Below, one piece after another: positions 19,175-30,389 of a stretch of DNA of 64,000 nt. Source of the stretch: an uncultured delta proteobacterium. GTDB taxonomy: Bacteria > Myxococcota_A > Polyangia > Polyangiales > Polyangiaceae. How positions within the stretch are numbered: position 1 is the stretch's first letter; each line of letters starts with the position of its first letter. The position numbers and the translations under genes are program-made. The stretch lies in assembly GCA_963696385.1 (NCBI GenBank), contig CAVOKF010000006.1, positions 416,001 through 480,000 of the forward strand, written 5' to 3'. The notes below the pieces were generated by a model, which was not told where the DNA came from, searched no databases, and saw only the letters and a program-made list of their open reading frames with translations.

Positions 19175-19660
19175 TCAACCCTTGGGCGGCGCGGCGGCCT
19201 TCGGGGATTCGCCGTCGGGCAAATGCACCGTGAGAACGGGGCACGGCGCCGTCCGAACGACCTTCTCTGCAACGCTTCCGAGCAGCGCGCGAGCCATGCC
19301 ACGACGGCCGTGAGTCCCCATCACGATGAGGTCCGCCTTCGTCTCCGCCGCGGCGGACGTGATCTCCACCCAGGGCACGCCGCGCCGAAGAGACAAAGCG
19401 ACGGCCGTGTTCGCGTGAATCAGCCGCGCCTTGATGTCCTCGAGCGAGCTCGCCGCCGCGCGTTCGATTTCCGACGAAAAATCGAAGCTCGCGATGAACG
19501 CGTCGGGATAGGCATACGCAGGAACCTCGTACGCGTGGACGATGGTGAGCCGCGCGCCGAACTTTTCCGCGAGCGCGACGCCGTAGGCGAGGGCGCGTTC
19601 CGCCGTGTCGCTGAAGTCGTGAGGGACCAGAATGTGCCGGATGGCGGGGGCGGGAATCAT
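19175..19660 (-). CDS. Universal stress protein
   Basis: ILVPHDFS, ADLIVMGTHGR, LLGSVAEKVVRTAPCPVLTV. Confidence 0.95.
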   Translation of the reverse strand: MIPAPAIRHILVPHDFSDTAERALAYGVALAEKFGARLTIVHAYEVPAYAYPDAFIASFDFSSEIERAAASSLEDIKARLIHANTAVALSLRRGVPWVEITSAAAETKADLIVMGTHGRRGMARALLGSVAEKVVRTAPCPVLTVHLPDGESPKAAAPPKG

Positions 19661-19674
19661 ACCCTGTGGCCCGA

Positions 19675-19690
19675 TGCAATGGTCCGGCCA
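19675..19690 (-). promoter_or_regulatory. Sigma54 -24/-12 promoter for the usp-exporter operon
   Basis: TGGCCGGACCATTGCA on minus strand, GG-N10-GC. Confidence 0.6.
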
Positions 19691-19938
19691 CCCTCCGGCC
19701 GCCGGCGGTCCGAGAGGGCTGCCGGACCGGTGGCCTGACTCTTGAGAGCGTGTCGTAGCGATGGGCCGCCAGCCGAGGTCGACGTTCACCGCGAGGGCCT
19801 GCCCGTCGCTCGATGCGACGCGTCTCGCCCGTGTGCCGCAGCGATGACGTTTCCGTCACGCCCGCCGCCGACCCAGGTTGCAATCGGAAATTTTCGCCGA
19901 GGCGCGCAAACGCTGCGCCGCGCGTAAGAGGTACTTCG

Positions 19939-21555
19939 ATGGATCCAGGCTTGTTCGGTGAGATGCAAAGCTACATCGGCTTTTCCGAAGTCGATGCAGC
20001 GATTCTCCAGCGACTGCATCCGATCGCGAAGCCCCACTTCGAGGCGATCGCCGACGAGTTCTACGCGCTCATCCGGACCCACGAGGGGGCCTTCGCCGTG
20101 CTCCAAGACGAAGCTCAGGCGCGGCGCCTCAAGGGCTCTCTCACGGTGTGGCTCGGTGAGCTTCTGTCCGGGCCCTACGACGCGACCTATATGGACCGCC
20201 GCGCGCGCATCGGGCAAGCGCATGTCCGTGTGGGCCTTCCGCCCCGATATGTCATCGCGGCGATGTCTCGCGTCCGAGCCGCCTTGTTGCGCGTGGCGGC
20301 CGACGGTTTCGTCGGCGATCCCGAGGCGACTCGCGGCGCGAACTTGGCCGTCGTTCGTATATGCGATCTCGATCTGGCGATCTTGGTCGAAAGCTACCAA
20401 GACGACTTCGCCGAACGAATCCAACGCTTCCGTGCCGTGGACAGCGGCGAGGATCCCCCCGCGATCCCGCAACGCGCACAGCCACAGAGCGACGTGTTGG
20501 AAGGGGCCGACGTGGTCGTGCTGTGTTTCGATCCGAACGGGCGACTCCTCTTCGCCAACCGCAAGGCGGAGCGCACGACGGGCTACGCGTTCGACGAGCT
20601 CGCCGCCGGCAACATTTTCGCGTTGCTCTTCGGCGACCGAGCCGCGACCGTCCGGGCGCAGTGGCTCGGCGGGGCGGATGGGCTGCCGGTTCAGATGGAG
20701 GCCCCTATCCGCACCCGGGCAGGGAGGCCGCGCGTGCTGCGGTGGCACGCGACCCTACGCCACGCCCCCTCCGACGCAGGTCGATCCATCGTGGTCGTGG
20801 GCATCGACTTGACCCACGAAAGAGAGCTCGAGCGACGAGCCCGTCACAATGAGCGTCTCGCCGCCACGGGCGTCCTGGCTGCGGGTCTCGCGCACGAGAT
20901 TCGCAACCCTCTCAACGGCGCCAACCTGCATTTGTCGGTCCTCGATCGCACACTCGCCCGAACTCCCGGCGTGCCCCCGGCGGCCCGCGAGGCGACCGAT
21001 GTGTTGCGGTCCGAGATTCGAAGGCTGAGTGCACTGGTGACCGATTTTTTGGAGGTCGCAAGACCGCGCCCGCTGGCGCTCGCGGACGTCGATGCCAACG
21101 AGATCGCTCGCTCCGTGGGATTGCTCCTCGGCCCGGAGGCCGACGCGCAAGACAAGGTGCTCGAAATCGAGCCATTTCCGATTCCGGCCGCGGCCAAGCT
21201 CGACGTCGACCGCATCAAGCAGGTGATCGTGAATCTCGTGCGCAACGGCCTTGACGCGGTCGGCCCCGGCGGGCGCGTCGCCGTCCGCGTGCGCCGGTTG
21301 CCGCACCATGTCGAGTTCGACGTGGCCGATAGCGGCAGCGGTGTGCTGGAACCGTCGGCGCCGATTTTCGATGCGTTTTACACCACCAAGGAGCGCGGCA
21401 CCGGTCTCGGGCTCTCCATCGTGCATCGCGTCGTCACCGATCATGGGGGAGACGTATGGTTCGAGAGTCGACCGGGATCGACCGTGTTCACCGTTCGCAT
21501 TCCCGCGCAGCCCGAGGCCACGGCCGGTGAAGGCAGCGGCGACGCCTCGGAGTGA
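19939..21555 (+). CDS. Globin-coupled sensor histidine kinase (protoglobin-PAS-HisKA-HATPase)
   Basis: YIGFSEVD, EFY (B10), RIGQAHVRVGL (proximal His); PAS N...E..TGY; LAHEIRNPL; N/G1/F/G2 boxes. Confidence 0.9.
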   Translation: MDPGLFGEMQSYIGFSEVDAAILQRLHPIAKPHFEAIADEFYALIRTHEGAFAVLQDEAQARRLKGSLTVWLGELLSGPYDATYMDRRARIGQAHVRVGLPPRYVIAAMSRVRAALLRVAADGFVGDPEATRGANLAVVRICDLDLAILVESYQDDFAERIQRFRAVDSGEDPPAIPQRAQPQSDVLEGADVVVLCFDPNGRLLFANRKAERTTGYAFDELAAGNIFALLFGDRAATVRAQWLGGADGLPVQMEAPIRTRAGRPRVLRWHATLRHAPSDAGRSIVVVGIDLTHERELERRARHNERLAATGVLAAGLAHEIRNPLNGANLHLSVLDRTLARTPGVPPAAREATDVLRSEIRRLSALVTDFLEVARPRPLALADVDANEIARSVGLLLGPEADAQDKVLEIEPFPIPAAAKLDVDRIKQVIVNLVRNGLDAVGPGGRVAVRVRRLPHHVEFDVADSGSGVLEPSAPIFDAFYTTKERGTGLGLSIVHRVVTDHGGDVWFESRPGSTVFTVRIPAQPEATAGEGSGDASE

Positions 21556-21716
21556 CGCGGCGCATCCGATGCGAGGCGGCCCAATCCGTGCTGGGTGCAC
21601 CCGCTATCGTGATAAAAGAGCGGCATTGCCGAGTCTCGGCGCGGGGGAGGCGGCGCGCGGATTGCGCGTTCACGTAAATCCTGCACGAAAACAAAACGAT
21701 ACGGAAAATAAGGAAC

Positions 21717-23105
<1,389 letters not shown>

Positions 23106-23212
23106 CGCCCCGCCGAAGCGAATGGGGGATCGGCGCGCCCTGCCTCGCGAGATCTGCATGAGCACGCAAGATGTGCCGCGATCGACTCGTTGTCCGCTGG
23201 ACTCCGCGCAAA

Positions 23213-23228
23213 TGGCCTGCGTCTTGCC
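23213..23228 (+). promoter_or_regulatory. Sigma54 -24/-12 promoter
   Basis: TGGCCTGCGTCTTGCC, GG-N10-GC, just upstream of the CBS gene. Confidence 0.6.
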
Positions 23229-23241
23229 TCCATAGGGGGAC

Positions 23242-23967
23242 ATGGCCTGCACCGTCGGCGAGATTATGAATCGCGAACTGCTCGCGGTCCGAGCCGAGAC
23301 TCCTCTGCTCGAGGTTCGCGATCTGCTCCGCTCCTTTCGTATAGGTGCCGTTCCCGTGGTCGATGACACCTATCGGCCGATCGGGGTCGTCTCGCTGCGC
23401 GACTTGTTCGACGCCCAGGGCCTTGCGGGCGAACGCATGAGCAAGCCCGCGATCTGCGTCGACGCCTCGACCGCAATCGACCACGCGGCGCGCCAACTGG
23501 CGCGCACCGACCGGCATCATCTGGTCGTCGTCGACGGAGCGGGGGCCGCTGTGGGCATGCTGTCGAGCCTGGACTTGCTTCGCGCCGTCCTCGGCTTGCC
23601 CACGCATCATCCGGACGCGTTTCCTCATTGGGACGAAGCCACGGAAGTGGCGTGGACCGACGATTGGCCGCTCGACGAGCAGGGCTGTGGCCACGCCCCC
23701 GATGCCGCGGGGTTTCTTCTGATTGTGGACGGCGCGCCCGGAGAGCGGGATGCGGTGATTTACACGGAGCCATGCCCGAGCGTTCGGGCGCGCGTCCTCG
23801 AGCTCATCTCGGTGGGTTCGACGCCTCCGTCGACGCTTCGGCCTCATCTGGCGCGTGGCAGCCTGCGCTTCCGCGCAGCGGCCGTATCCGACGTGTCGGC
23901 ACAGGAGCGAATTGCCGCGCTGTTGCGGGATCGCCTCGACCACATTCCGCCGCCCGGCGCCACTTGA
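23242..23967 (+). CDS. CBS-domain pair protein with unknown C-terminal domain
   Basis: VGEIM, AVPVVDD...IGVVSLRDL, HLVVVD...VGMLSSLDLL. Confidence 0.85.
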   Translation: MACTVGEIMNRELLAVRAETPLLEVRDLLRSFRIGAVPVVDDTYRPIGVVSLRDLFDAQGLAGERMSKPAICVDASTAIDHAARQLARTDRHHLVVVDGAGAAVGMLSSLDLLRAVLGLPTHHPDAFPHWDEATEVAWTDDWPLDEQGCGHAPDAAGFLLIVDGAPGERDAVIYTEPCPSVRARVLELISVGSTPPSTLRPHLARGSLRFRAAAVSDVSAQERIAALLRDRLDHIPPPGAT

Positions 23968-24035
23968 GCTCAGGGGGCTAACTCGGCGCGACATCGTGGC
24001 CGTCCCGACCCCTTCGCGAACCGTCGGCCGTCGTT

Positions 24036-24667
24036 TCAGCGTGGACTCGGCGTCCGTCGCCTCGCAACCCATCGCAACACGTCGAGATCCGGAAATGAGG
24101 CCCACGAAGCGACGATCCTCGCCGGTGACCGCCACGAACCGCATGTGCCCGTGCACCATCAGATTCGATCGCTTGGATCAAGGGGGCCGACTCCCGAAGC
24201 ACGGGACCGACGGCCGCCAGTTCGCCGAGCGACGTGAGCCCTTCCGCGGGATCCATGGCGGACAGGGTGCCGCGCACCTCGTCGTTGGCGGCGAGTACGA
24301 CGACGTGCGGGTTGCGGTCGAGCAGCAGGCGCGCGCGCGCGGCGGAGACGTCGACGCGAACGGCGACCGAGTGCGCGGCGCAGACGGCGCCCACCGGCGT
24401 GCCCTTGGCCAGAGCATCCGGGCCGAGAAATAGCGGTCCGTCGAGTGCCGACTCGGGCGCGGGCGCAACGCCGGCCGGTGTGCATGAGACGTTCGCCTCC
24501 GACACGGCACGGACGAAAGGACAGTTCGCGCAATCGCTCGTGTCGGTCGACGCGTTGCGGGTGGGGCAAAAGACTCGCAGGGCCCGCGCGCGTCCGCCGT
24601 TCCGTTCGAAAATTTCCAAGCTTCGCACGGGCAAGTCGACCGACCGGTCCGAATCCTGCTGCGCCAT
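24036..24667 (-). pseudogene. Cys-motif plus degenerate CBS-domain protein, two +1 frameshifts (near 24165 and 24090)
   Basis: MAQQD...VFCP...CANCPF...C; removing two bases gives AI(D/E)LMVHGHMRFVAVTGEDRRFVGLISDLDVLRWVAR...stop at 24036. Confidence 0.65.
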
Positions 24668-24681
24668 GATCCACTCAGGCA

Positions 24682-24697
24682 AGCAACAGTTGGTCCG
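24682..24697 (-). promoter_or_regulatory. Sigma54-like promoter
   Basis: CGGACCAACTGTTGCT on minus strand, GG-N10-GC, 16 nt before ATG 24667. Confidence 0.45.
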
Positions 24698-24733
24698 CGA
24701 TCGCTTTGCGTAGTAAGACGGCCGACTACGGCC

Positions 24734-25117
24734 ATGACCACCCACGCGGCAGTTTGGATCGATCACCACGAGGCTCGCATTTTCCACGTGCAAGCCGACA
24801 GCTTCGACGAGGCGACCCTTCATGCGCCCCATCGTCACATTCACCGACATCCGAAGGGCGGTACGGCCGAGCACAACCATCCGGACGACCTGCGGGCGTT
24901 GTTTCGCGACGCCGCACGCGCTCTCGACGGCTTCGACGAAATCCTCGTCTTGGGGCCTTCCACGGCGAAAGTTCAATTCTTGTCGTATGTCCACGACCAC
25001 GATCGAGCGATCGAACCGAAGATCGTCGGCAGTGAGACGGTGGACCATCCGACGGATCGACAGTTGGTCGCGCACGTGAAGCAGTACTTCGGAATGCCCG
25101 CCCCCCGCCTGCGCTGA
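24734..25117 (+). CDS. Bacterial eRF1/host-attachment-like protein (translational machinery protein)
   Basis: AVWIDHHEARIF, His-rich loop, EILVLGPSTAK, ETVDHPTDRQL. Confidence 0.7.
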   Translation: MTTHAAVWIDHHEARIFHVQADSFDEATLHAPHRHIHRHPKGGTAEHNHPDDLRALFRDAARALDGFDEILVLGPSTAKVQFLSYVHDHDRAIEPKIVGSETVDHPTDRQLVAHVKQYFGMPAPRLR

Positions 25118-25138
25118 GCGATCCACCCGGCGGATCCC

Positions 25139-25360
25139 GACTCTGACCGCGACCGCGACTGCGACTGCGACTGCGACTCCGACCGCGACGGCGACCACGA
25201 CTCCGACCGCGATTGCGACGGCGACCACGACTCCGACCGCGACTCCGACAACTCCGACCGCGATTGCGACCGCGACGGCGACCACGACTCCGACCGCGAT
25301 TGCGATTGCGACGGCGACCACGACTCTGACCGCGATTGCGACCGCGACTACCGCGACTGC
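25139..25360. repeat. Intergenic degenerate hexamer array (GACCGC/GACTCC/GATTGC/GACGGC/GACCAC)
   Basis: About 220 bp read directly; recurring higher-order unit of about 30 bp. Confidence 0.9.
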
Positions 25361-25437
25361 GCGGATCTTACTGCTTCCGCGATCCCGGCCCATTCGTGTT
25401 CTTGGTGTGACGAATCCCTGACACGCGCCGAGCTAAC

Positions 25438-26325
25438 GTGGGATCCATGCACTGGCCGCAAAATGAGCGAGCGCTGCGTCGCCTCAACGTCGCGCGGGCC
25501 GCGCCGTTTTTCGCCGTCCACGCCGCAGCCCTCATCGGCGTCGTCGCGCTCGGGTGGTCCTGGCTCGGATTGGGCCTCGCGCTGCTACTTTATTACGTGC
25601 GCATGTTCGGTGTCACAGCGGGCTATCACCGCTATTTCTCGCACCGTGCGTTCAAGACGAGCCGCGTCGTGCAGGCGCTGTTGGCGGTATGGGCGATGAC
25701 GAGCTCTCAGAAGGGCGTCGTATGGTGGGCCAGCCACCATCGCACCCACCACAAGTACTCGGATCAACCGGGCGATGTTCACTCGGTCCTGCGGGATGGG
25801 TTTTGGTGGGGTCACCTCGGATGGATTCTGTCCGACAAGTACGAGTCGACCGAAAGCTCGCGCGTGCGCGATCTCGTGAAGTATCCCGAGCTCGTTTGGC
25901 TGAATCGTTTTTGGTGGCTGCCGCCGACGGCGCTGGGGGTGGGCCTGTTTCTGGTCGGCGGAACGTTCGCGCTCGTCTGGGGGTTCTTCGTGTCGACCAC
26001 GCTTTTGTGGCACGGCACATTTACGATCAATTCCCTGTCCCACATGGTTGGGCGGCGACGCTACCGGACCACGGACAACAGCCGAAATAGCGCCATTCTC
26101 GCGCTCGTGACGATGGGCGAAGGGTGGCACAACAATCACCACCATTATCCACGATCGGTTCGCCAGGGCTTCTTTTGGTGGGAATTCGATCCGACCTACA
26201 CCCTGCTTCGGGTCTTCGCCGCACTCGGGCTCGTCTGGGATCTTCACCCGCCCCCCGCCCACGTCGTCGCCGCGAACCGGGTCGGCGCCCTGGCGGTTCC
26301 GGTCGATCCGGCACCGGTGAGGTGA
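25438..26325 (+). CDS. Acyl-CoA delta-9-type fatty acid desaturase
   Basis: His boxes HRYFSH, HRTHH, HNNHH; TM segments. Confidence 0.93.
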   Translation: MGSMHWPQNERALRRLNVARAAPFFAVHAAALIGVVALGWSWLGLGLALLLYYVRMFGVTAGYHRYFSHRAFKTSRVVQALLAVWAMTSSQKGVVWWASHHRTHHKYSDQPGDVHSVLRDGFWWGHLGWILSDKYESTESSRVRDLVKYPELVWLNRFWWLPPTALGVGLFLVGGTFALVWGFFVSTTLLWHGTFTINSLSHMVGRRRYRTTDNSRNSAILALVTMGEGWHNNHHHYPRSVRQGFFWWEFDPTYTLLRVFAALGLVWDLHPPPAHVVAANRVGALAVPVDPAPVR

Positions 26326-26416
26326 CCGCCGAACGGCCGCCGGCGATCTCCGTCGTCGCTTCGACCGGCGGCGAGTTCGTCCTGCACGTGACCGGGCAGA
26401 GTGCTACCGATGGCCC

Positions 26417-27778
26417 GTGGTCTCGCTGTCGTTCGCGTCCGGCACGATCGAGGTGAGAAACTGGCCCCACGCGGTCGCCGTGCCGACCGCGTGCGCCTGG
26501 GACGAGCGGACCCGGTGCCACCGAGCACCGGCCGTGGCCTACGGCGACTTGGTCCGCGCCCTGGTCGGCTCGAGCACTCCGTACGAGGACGGAGCGCGAC
26601 GGTACTGTCCGCTCGACGGGGGCGCGCGGGTGCATCGCGAGCCGCGTCCGTATCAGAGCGAGGCGCTCTCGGCCTGGCGATCGCATCGCGGCCGGGGTGT
26701 CGTCGTCCTTCCGACCGGATCCGGCAAAAGCCACGTGGCCCTGATGGCCATCGAGGACAAGAGGCGCAGTACGCTCGTGGTCGCGCCCACGCTCGACTTG
26801 GTGCGTCAGTGGTTCGATCTGCTGGGGGCTACCTTCGGCGTGCGCATCGGCCTCGTCGGCGGCGGAGAGCACGACGTGCAGCCGCTCACGGTCACGACCT
26901 ACGATTCCGCGTTCATTCACATGGACCACATGGGATCGCGCTTCGGGATCGTGGTCTTCGACGAGTGCCACCACCTGCCGAGCTCCGGCTACGCCCTCGC
27001 CGCGCGGGGTTGCCTCGCGCCGTATCGGCTGGGTCTGACGGCAACGCCGGAACGCAGCGACGGCCGCGAGGCCGACCTTGCCACTCTCATCGGACCGGTC
27101 GTGTACCGGAGAGACATCGTAGAGCTCTCGGGCGATTACCTCGCCGAGTACGAGACCGTGCGGGTGTCCATCGAACTGTCGCCGGAGGAACGCGCGGAGC
27201 ATGACGGCGAGCGAGCGATTTACCGCGATTTCGTCAAGCGGCGCGGCATCCGCATGAGCGACCCCTCCGGCTGGGGCGCCTTCATCCTGCAGTCCTCTCA
27301 GAGCGCCGAAGGCCGGCGAGCGATGCAGGCGTACCGCAGGCAGCGCGAGCTCGCCTTCGCTCCCTCGGCCAAGCTCGACTACCTGAAGCACCTGCTCCAT
27401 GCGCACCGCAGCGACCGGGCGATCCTGTTCACGGTGGACAACGCCACGGCGTACGCGATCGCCCGGCGGTTTCTCGTCCCGGTGATCACCCACCAGACGA
27501 AGGTTCGAGAACGCAGCGCGATCTTGGCTGGGCTCGCGGACGCGACCTACCACGCGGTGGTGACGTCCAAGGTGCTCAACGAAGGAGTCGACGTGCCCGA
27601 CGCCAACGTCGCGGTAGTCCTGTCCGGCAGCGGATCGGTGCGCGAGCACGTGCAGCGGCTCGGGCGAATCCTGCGCAAGAAGGAGGGCAAGCGCGCCGTG
27701 CTCTACGAGCTCGTGACGGACGCGACCACCGAGACGTACACGAGCGAGCGCCGCCGAGAGCACAGTGCTTACCGCTGA
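26417..27778 (+). CDS. SF2 helicase, XPB/Rad25-like
   Basis: PRPYQ, LPTGSGKS, DECHH, LGLTATPER, LNEGVDVP, QRLGRILR. Confidence 0.9.
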   Translation: MVSLSFASGTIEVRNWPHAVAVPTACAWDERTRCHRAPAVAYGDLVRALVGSSTPYEDGARRYCPLDGGARVHREPRPYQSEALSAWRSHRGRGVVVLPTGSGKSHVALMAIEDKRRSTLVVAPTLDLVRQWFDLLGATFGVRIGLVGGGEHDVQPLTVTTYDSAFIHMDHMGSRFGIVVFDECHHLPSSGYALAARGCLAPYRLGLTATPERSDGREADLATLIGPVVYRRDIVELSGDYLAEYETVRVSIELSPEERAEHDGERAIYRDFVKRRGIRMSDPSGWGAFILQSSQSAEGRRAMQAYRRQRELAFAPSAKLDYLKHLLHAHRSDRAILFTVDNATAYAIARRFLVPVITHQTKVRERSAILAGLADATYHAVVTSKVLNEGVDVPDANVAVVLSGSGSVREHVQRLGRILRKKEGKRAVLYELVTDATTETYTSERRREHSAYR

Positions 27779-29014
27779 TCTCGTGAACGCCCGTCGGCGG
27801 GGCGGAGAGCTGTGCATCGTCGCGCTCGACGCCGCGGGCCGTCGGCGGGCCGCCGCCCTCGCCGAGAAACTCGTCACGACCACGTCCGCATTCGTGGGCT
27901 CCGCCCGGGAGGAGCTCATCGGCGCTCTCGAGGCGATCGACGTCGGTCCGCGAGAGCATCGGTTGAGAGACGGCCTCGTCAAGCTGATCGAAGACCGTTG
28001 TCAGTTCGATGCGAGCGATGCCGCGGATCCCCGGGAACCCGCCACGAAGTGTTTTCGCTCGCGAGTGCCGCGCGCGCCTGCCTTCCGCCCGGAGCCGTTC
28101 TCGATTGCGACGCGATCCTCGCTCAGGTGGCGGCTCGGCGCGGCACCTCGGCCGAGGCGATGGAGCGGGCCCTCTTCGCCGATCTGAGGGGCGCCCACGT
28201 CCTCACCGCGTTCAACGCGCCGTCGGCCGCCGATCTCGTCACGAGCTACGAGCAGGCCCAGGCGCAGGCGGTCTTGCTGCGTGCCGTGAAGGTCCAAGTC
28301 GACGTGCGCTGTTCGGCGGCGGGAGGCCTCCGTGCGCTCTTCCGGAAGCTGAAGTTTTTGCGCCTGCTCCACACGATCGAGCCGACGCACAACGGGCACC
28401 GAATCGTCATCGATGGTCCGTTCAGCCTGTTCGAGTCCGTGACGAAATACGGCTTGCAGCTGGCTCTCGTCCTTCCGGCCCTCGACCACTGTGATGCATG
28501 GAAACTCGAGGCCGACGTGCGCTGGGGCAAAGAGCGCGTTCCGCTCGCTTTTCGCCTCGCGAGCGGAGCTTGGGGCTCCGGGCCACGGCAAGCGGATGCG
28601 CCCGCGCACCTGCCCGACGAGGTGCACGCGCTCGTGGAGAGCTTCGAAGGGCTCGAAACCCCTTGGCGAGTCTCGCCCAACACGGACATCTTGGATCTGC
28701 CCGGCGTCGGCCTCTCGGTCCCCGATCTCGTGTTCGAACGGCCCAAGGGGACCGGGGCCGCGCGCGATCGCATCTACCTGGAGGTGCTCGGTTACTGGAG
28801 CCGTGCCGCCGTTTGGAAACGCGTGGAGCTCGTCCGAGCCGGATTGCCTGAACGCATCTTGTTCGCAGTGAGCTCCCGCCTGCGCGTCAGCGAGGAGGTG
28901 CTCGACGGCGACTTGCCCGGTGCCCTCTACGTGTACAAGGCGAAGATGAGCGCGCGCGCCGTCGCCGATCGGCTCGAGCGGCTGGCCGGGCGGTCCCCAG
29001 GCGGCGCGCCCTGA
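27765..29014 (+). pseudogene. DUF790/Bax1-like endonuclease, one base missing near 28030-28040
   Basis: MLTADLV N-terminus in one frame; LFADL, AQAVLLRA, IDGPFSLF..TKYG, VPDL.F, LEVLGYW in the -1 frame. Confidence 0.8.
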
Positions 29015-29108
29015 GGCATCCTCGAACGGTCGGCGCCGGCGGGGGCCCTGACGGTTGCCGTCGCGACGAATGGCAGCCCGGCAAGGACTCGGGTAGCCTC
29101 GCGCCGCG

Positions 29109-29681
29109 ATGTTCACGCGATGCGCGGTGCTCGCCATCATGGCCTCACTGACGGGCTGCGCGGCCGCTGCCTCGCAGATGCCCCCGGGCCCGGATTACCG
29201 CCGTTACGTGGTCGATCGGCCCGGCGGTTCCGGCCCCGGCGCTTTCGAGTGGCGTCCCGACGTCTGCGCGCAGTCGGATCTGCACGCCGATTATCGCGTT
29301 CTGAACGAGACGAACTTGGTCGCCTTCCTCCACGACCAGCAAATCGACGCGCGCGTCGAACGTCAGCCGGTCGAGGCTCACAAGCCCGACCTCGTGTTCG
29401 TTTTCGTCACGAGTCCGGGCACGTCGCAATCGGTCCCGTTGCGAGTCGCGATTCTGCCGTCCGCGGACGAAGCGGGTCGGGCGCTCTACGACGCGCTGTT
29501 GCAGCGCGGAGCAGGCGGCTGGGGGCTTCATCGGTCCAATCTCGCCGTGCTCGGCCCGTCGGGTGCGGACGAAGACAATCTCGCGTTTGCCGCAAAGACG
29601 CGGCTCGCCTGCTGGGGCACATTCACGTTCGTCGATTCCGGCGACGCATCCGTGGTGCCGGGTGGGTACACGGAGCCATGA
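29109..29681 (+). CDS. Hypothetical lipoprotein
   Basis: Lipobox LTGC; GC3-rich codons; ATGA overlap with next gene. Confidence 0.7.
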   Translation: MFTRCAVLAIMASLTGCAAAASQMPPGPDYRRYVVDRPGGSGPGAFEWRPDVCAQSDLHADYRVLNETNLVAFLHDQQIDARVERQPVEAHKPDLVFVFVTSPGTSQSVPLRVAILPSADEAGRALYDALLQRGAGGWGLHRSNLAVLGPSGADEDNLAFAAKTRLACWGTFTFVDSGDASVVPGGYTEP

Positions 29682-30388
29682 CCCCGCCGTCCGCCGGCTC
29701 GCCGGGTGTTCGTCGTCGTGCGCGTCCGGGACGACGAGTGAGGTGGCGTGGCGTGAGCCGAATGCTGTTCGCCTCGGCTCTTGCGGCCACCGGGTGCGGA
29801 GGGGGTGCATCGACGACGGGTGCGGGTACGGTGTTCGACCCCTCGGGCTCCGCCGTCAGCGCCCCCCCGGTGGATGTGACGACGAATCCGGACATCGAGC
29901 GGCCGTATCCCGCGCTCGATGGAGCCCTGGTGAACGGGGGTCGCTGGATGGGCGTTTCGGTTCTTCGAGACGGCGTCCGGTTCACGCGTCCCCCGCGCTG
30001 GACGATCCGCGACGCGGGCGTAGAGCCCGGCCAATCGTTTGTCCGGTACGTCTCTCCCAACGCGTACTCGTTCGCGATCTACGAGCGCTCCGACTCGCCC
30101 GGTAAATCCTGGCGCGACATCCTCGCGCACTACGAGGCCGACGTGACGGCCAACGGAGCGACGGCGGTGGGCCAGCGGGTACCCATGGCGACGGGGACCA
30201 ACCAGGGTCGCGCGTATACGATCGATCGCAAGATCGAGAGCAAGGACAAGGTCCTCAGCCGCAGCCGCGAGATCCTGCTGCGCGGCGATCACCGCATCGT
30301 GCTCGTGCAAATCGTCACCTCGGAGGAGAACCTGTCGCGCCTTTCGGGAGAGCTGCTCGAAATTCTTCGTCGCGTCGAGGTGCTCTGA
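29678..30388 (+). CDS. Hypothetical lipoprotein, possible PsbP/DcrB-like fold
   Basis: Lipobox ATGC; FTRPPRW start and beta-beta-helix ending resemble the PsbP/DUF1795 pattern. Confidence 0.6.
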   Translation: MTPPSAGSPGVRRRARPGRRVRWRGVSRMLFASALAATGCGGGASTTGAGTVFDPSGSAVSAPPVDVTTNPDIERPYPALDGALVNGGRWMGVSVLRDGVRFTRPPRWTIRDAGVEPGQSFVRYVSPNAYSFAIYERSDSPGKSWRDILAHYEADVTANGATAVGQRVPMATGTNQGRAYTIDRKIESKDKVLSRSREILLRGDHRIVLVQIVTSEENLSRLSGELLEILRRVEVL

Positions 30389-30389
30389 C

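Noticed and set aside
24668..25393. Val/Ala-repeat membrane protein (start of ORF 23978..25393)
   Set aside because: Translation of the hexamer array, antisense to the 24734 gene.
28025..28045. Programmed -1 frameshift in DUF790
   Set aside because: No canonical X XXY YYZ slippery heptamer in frame; an indel is simpler.
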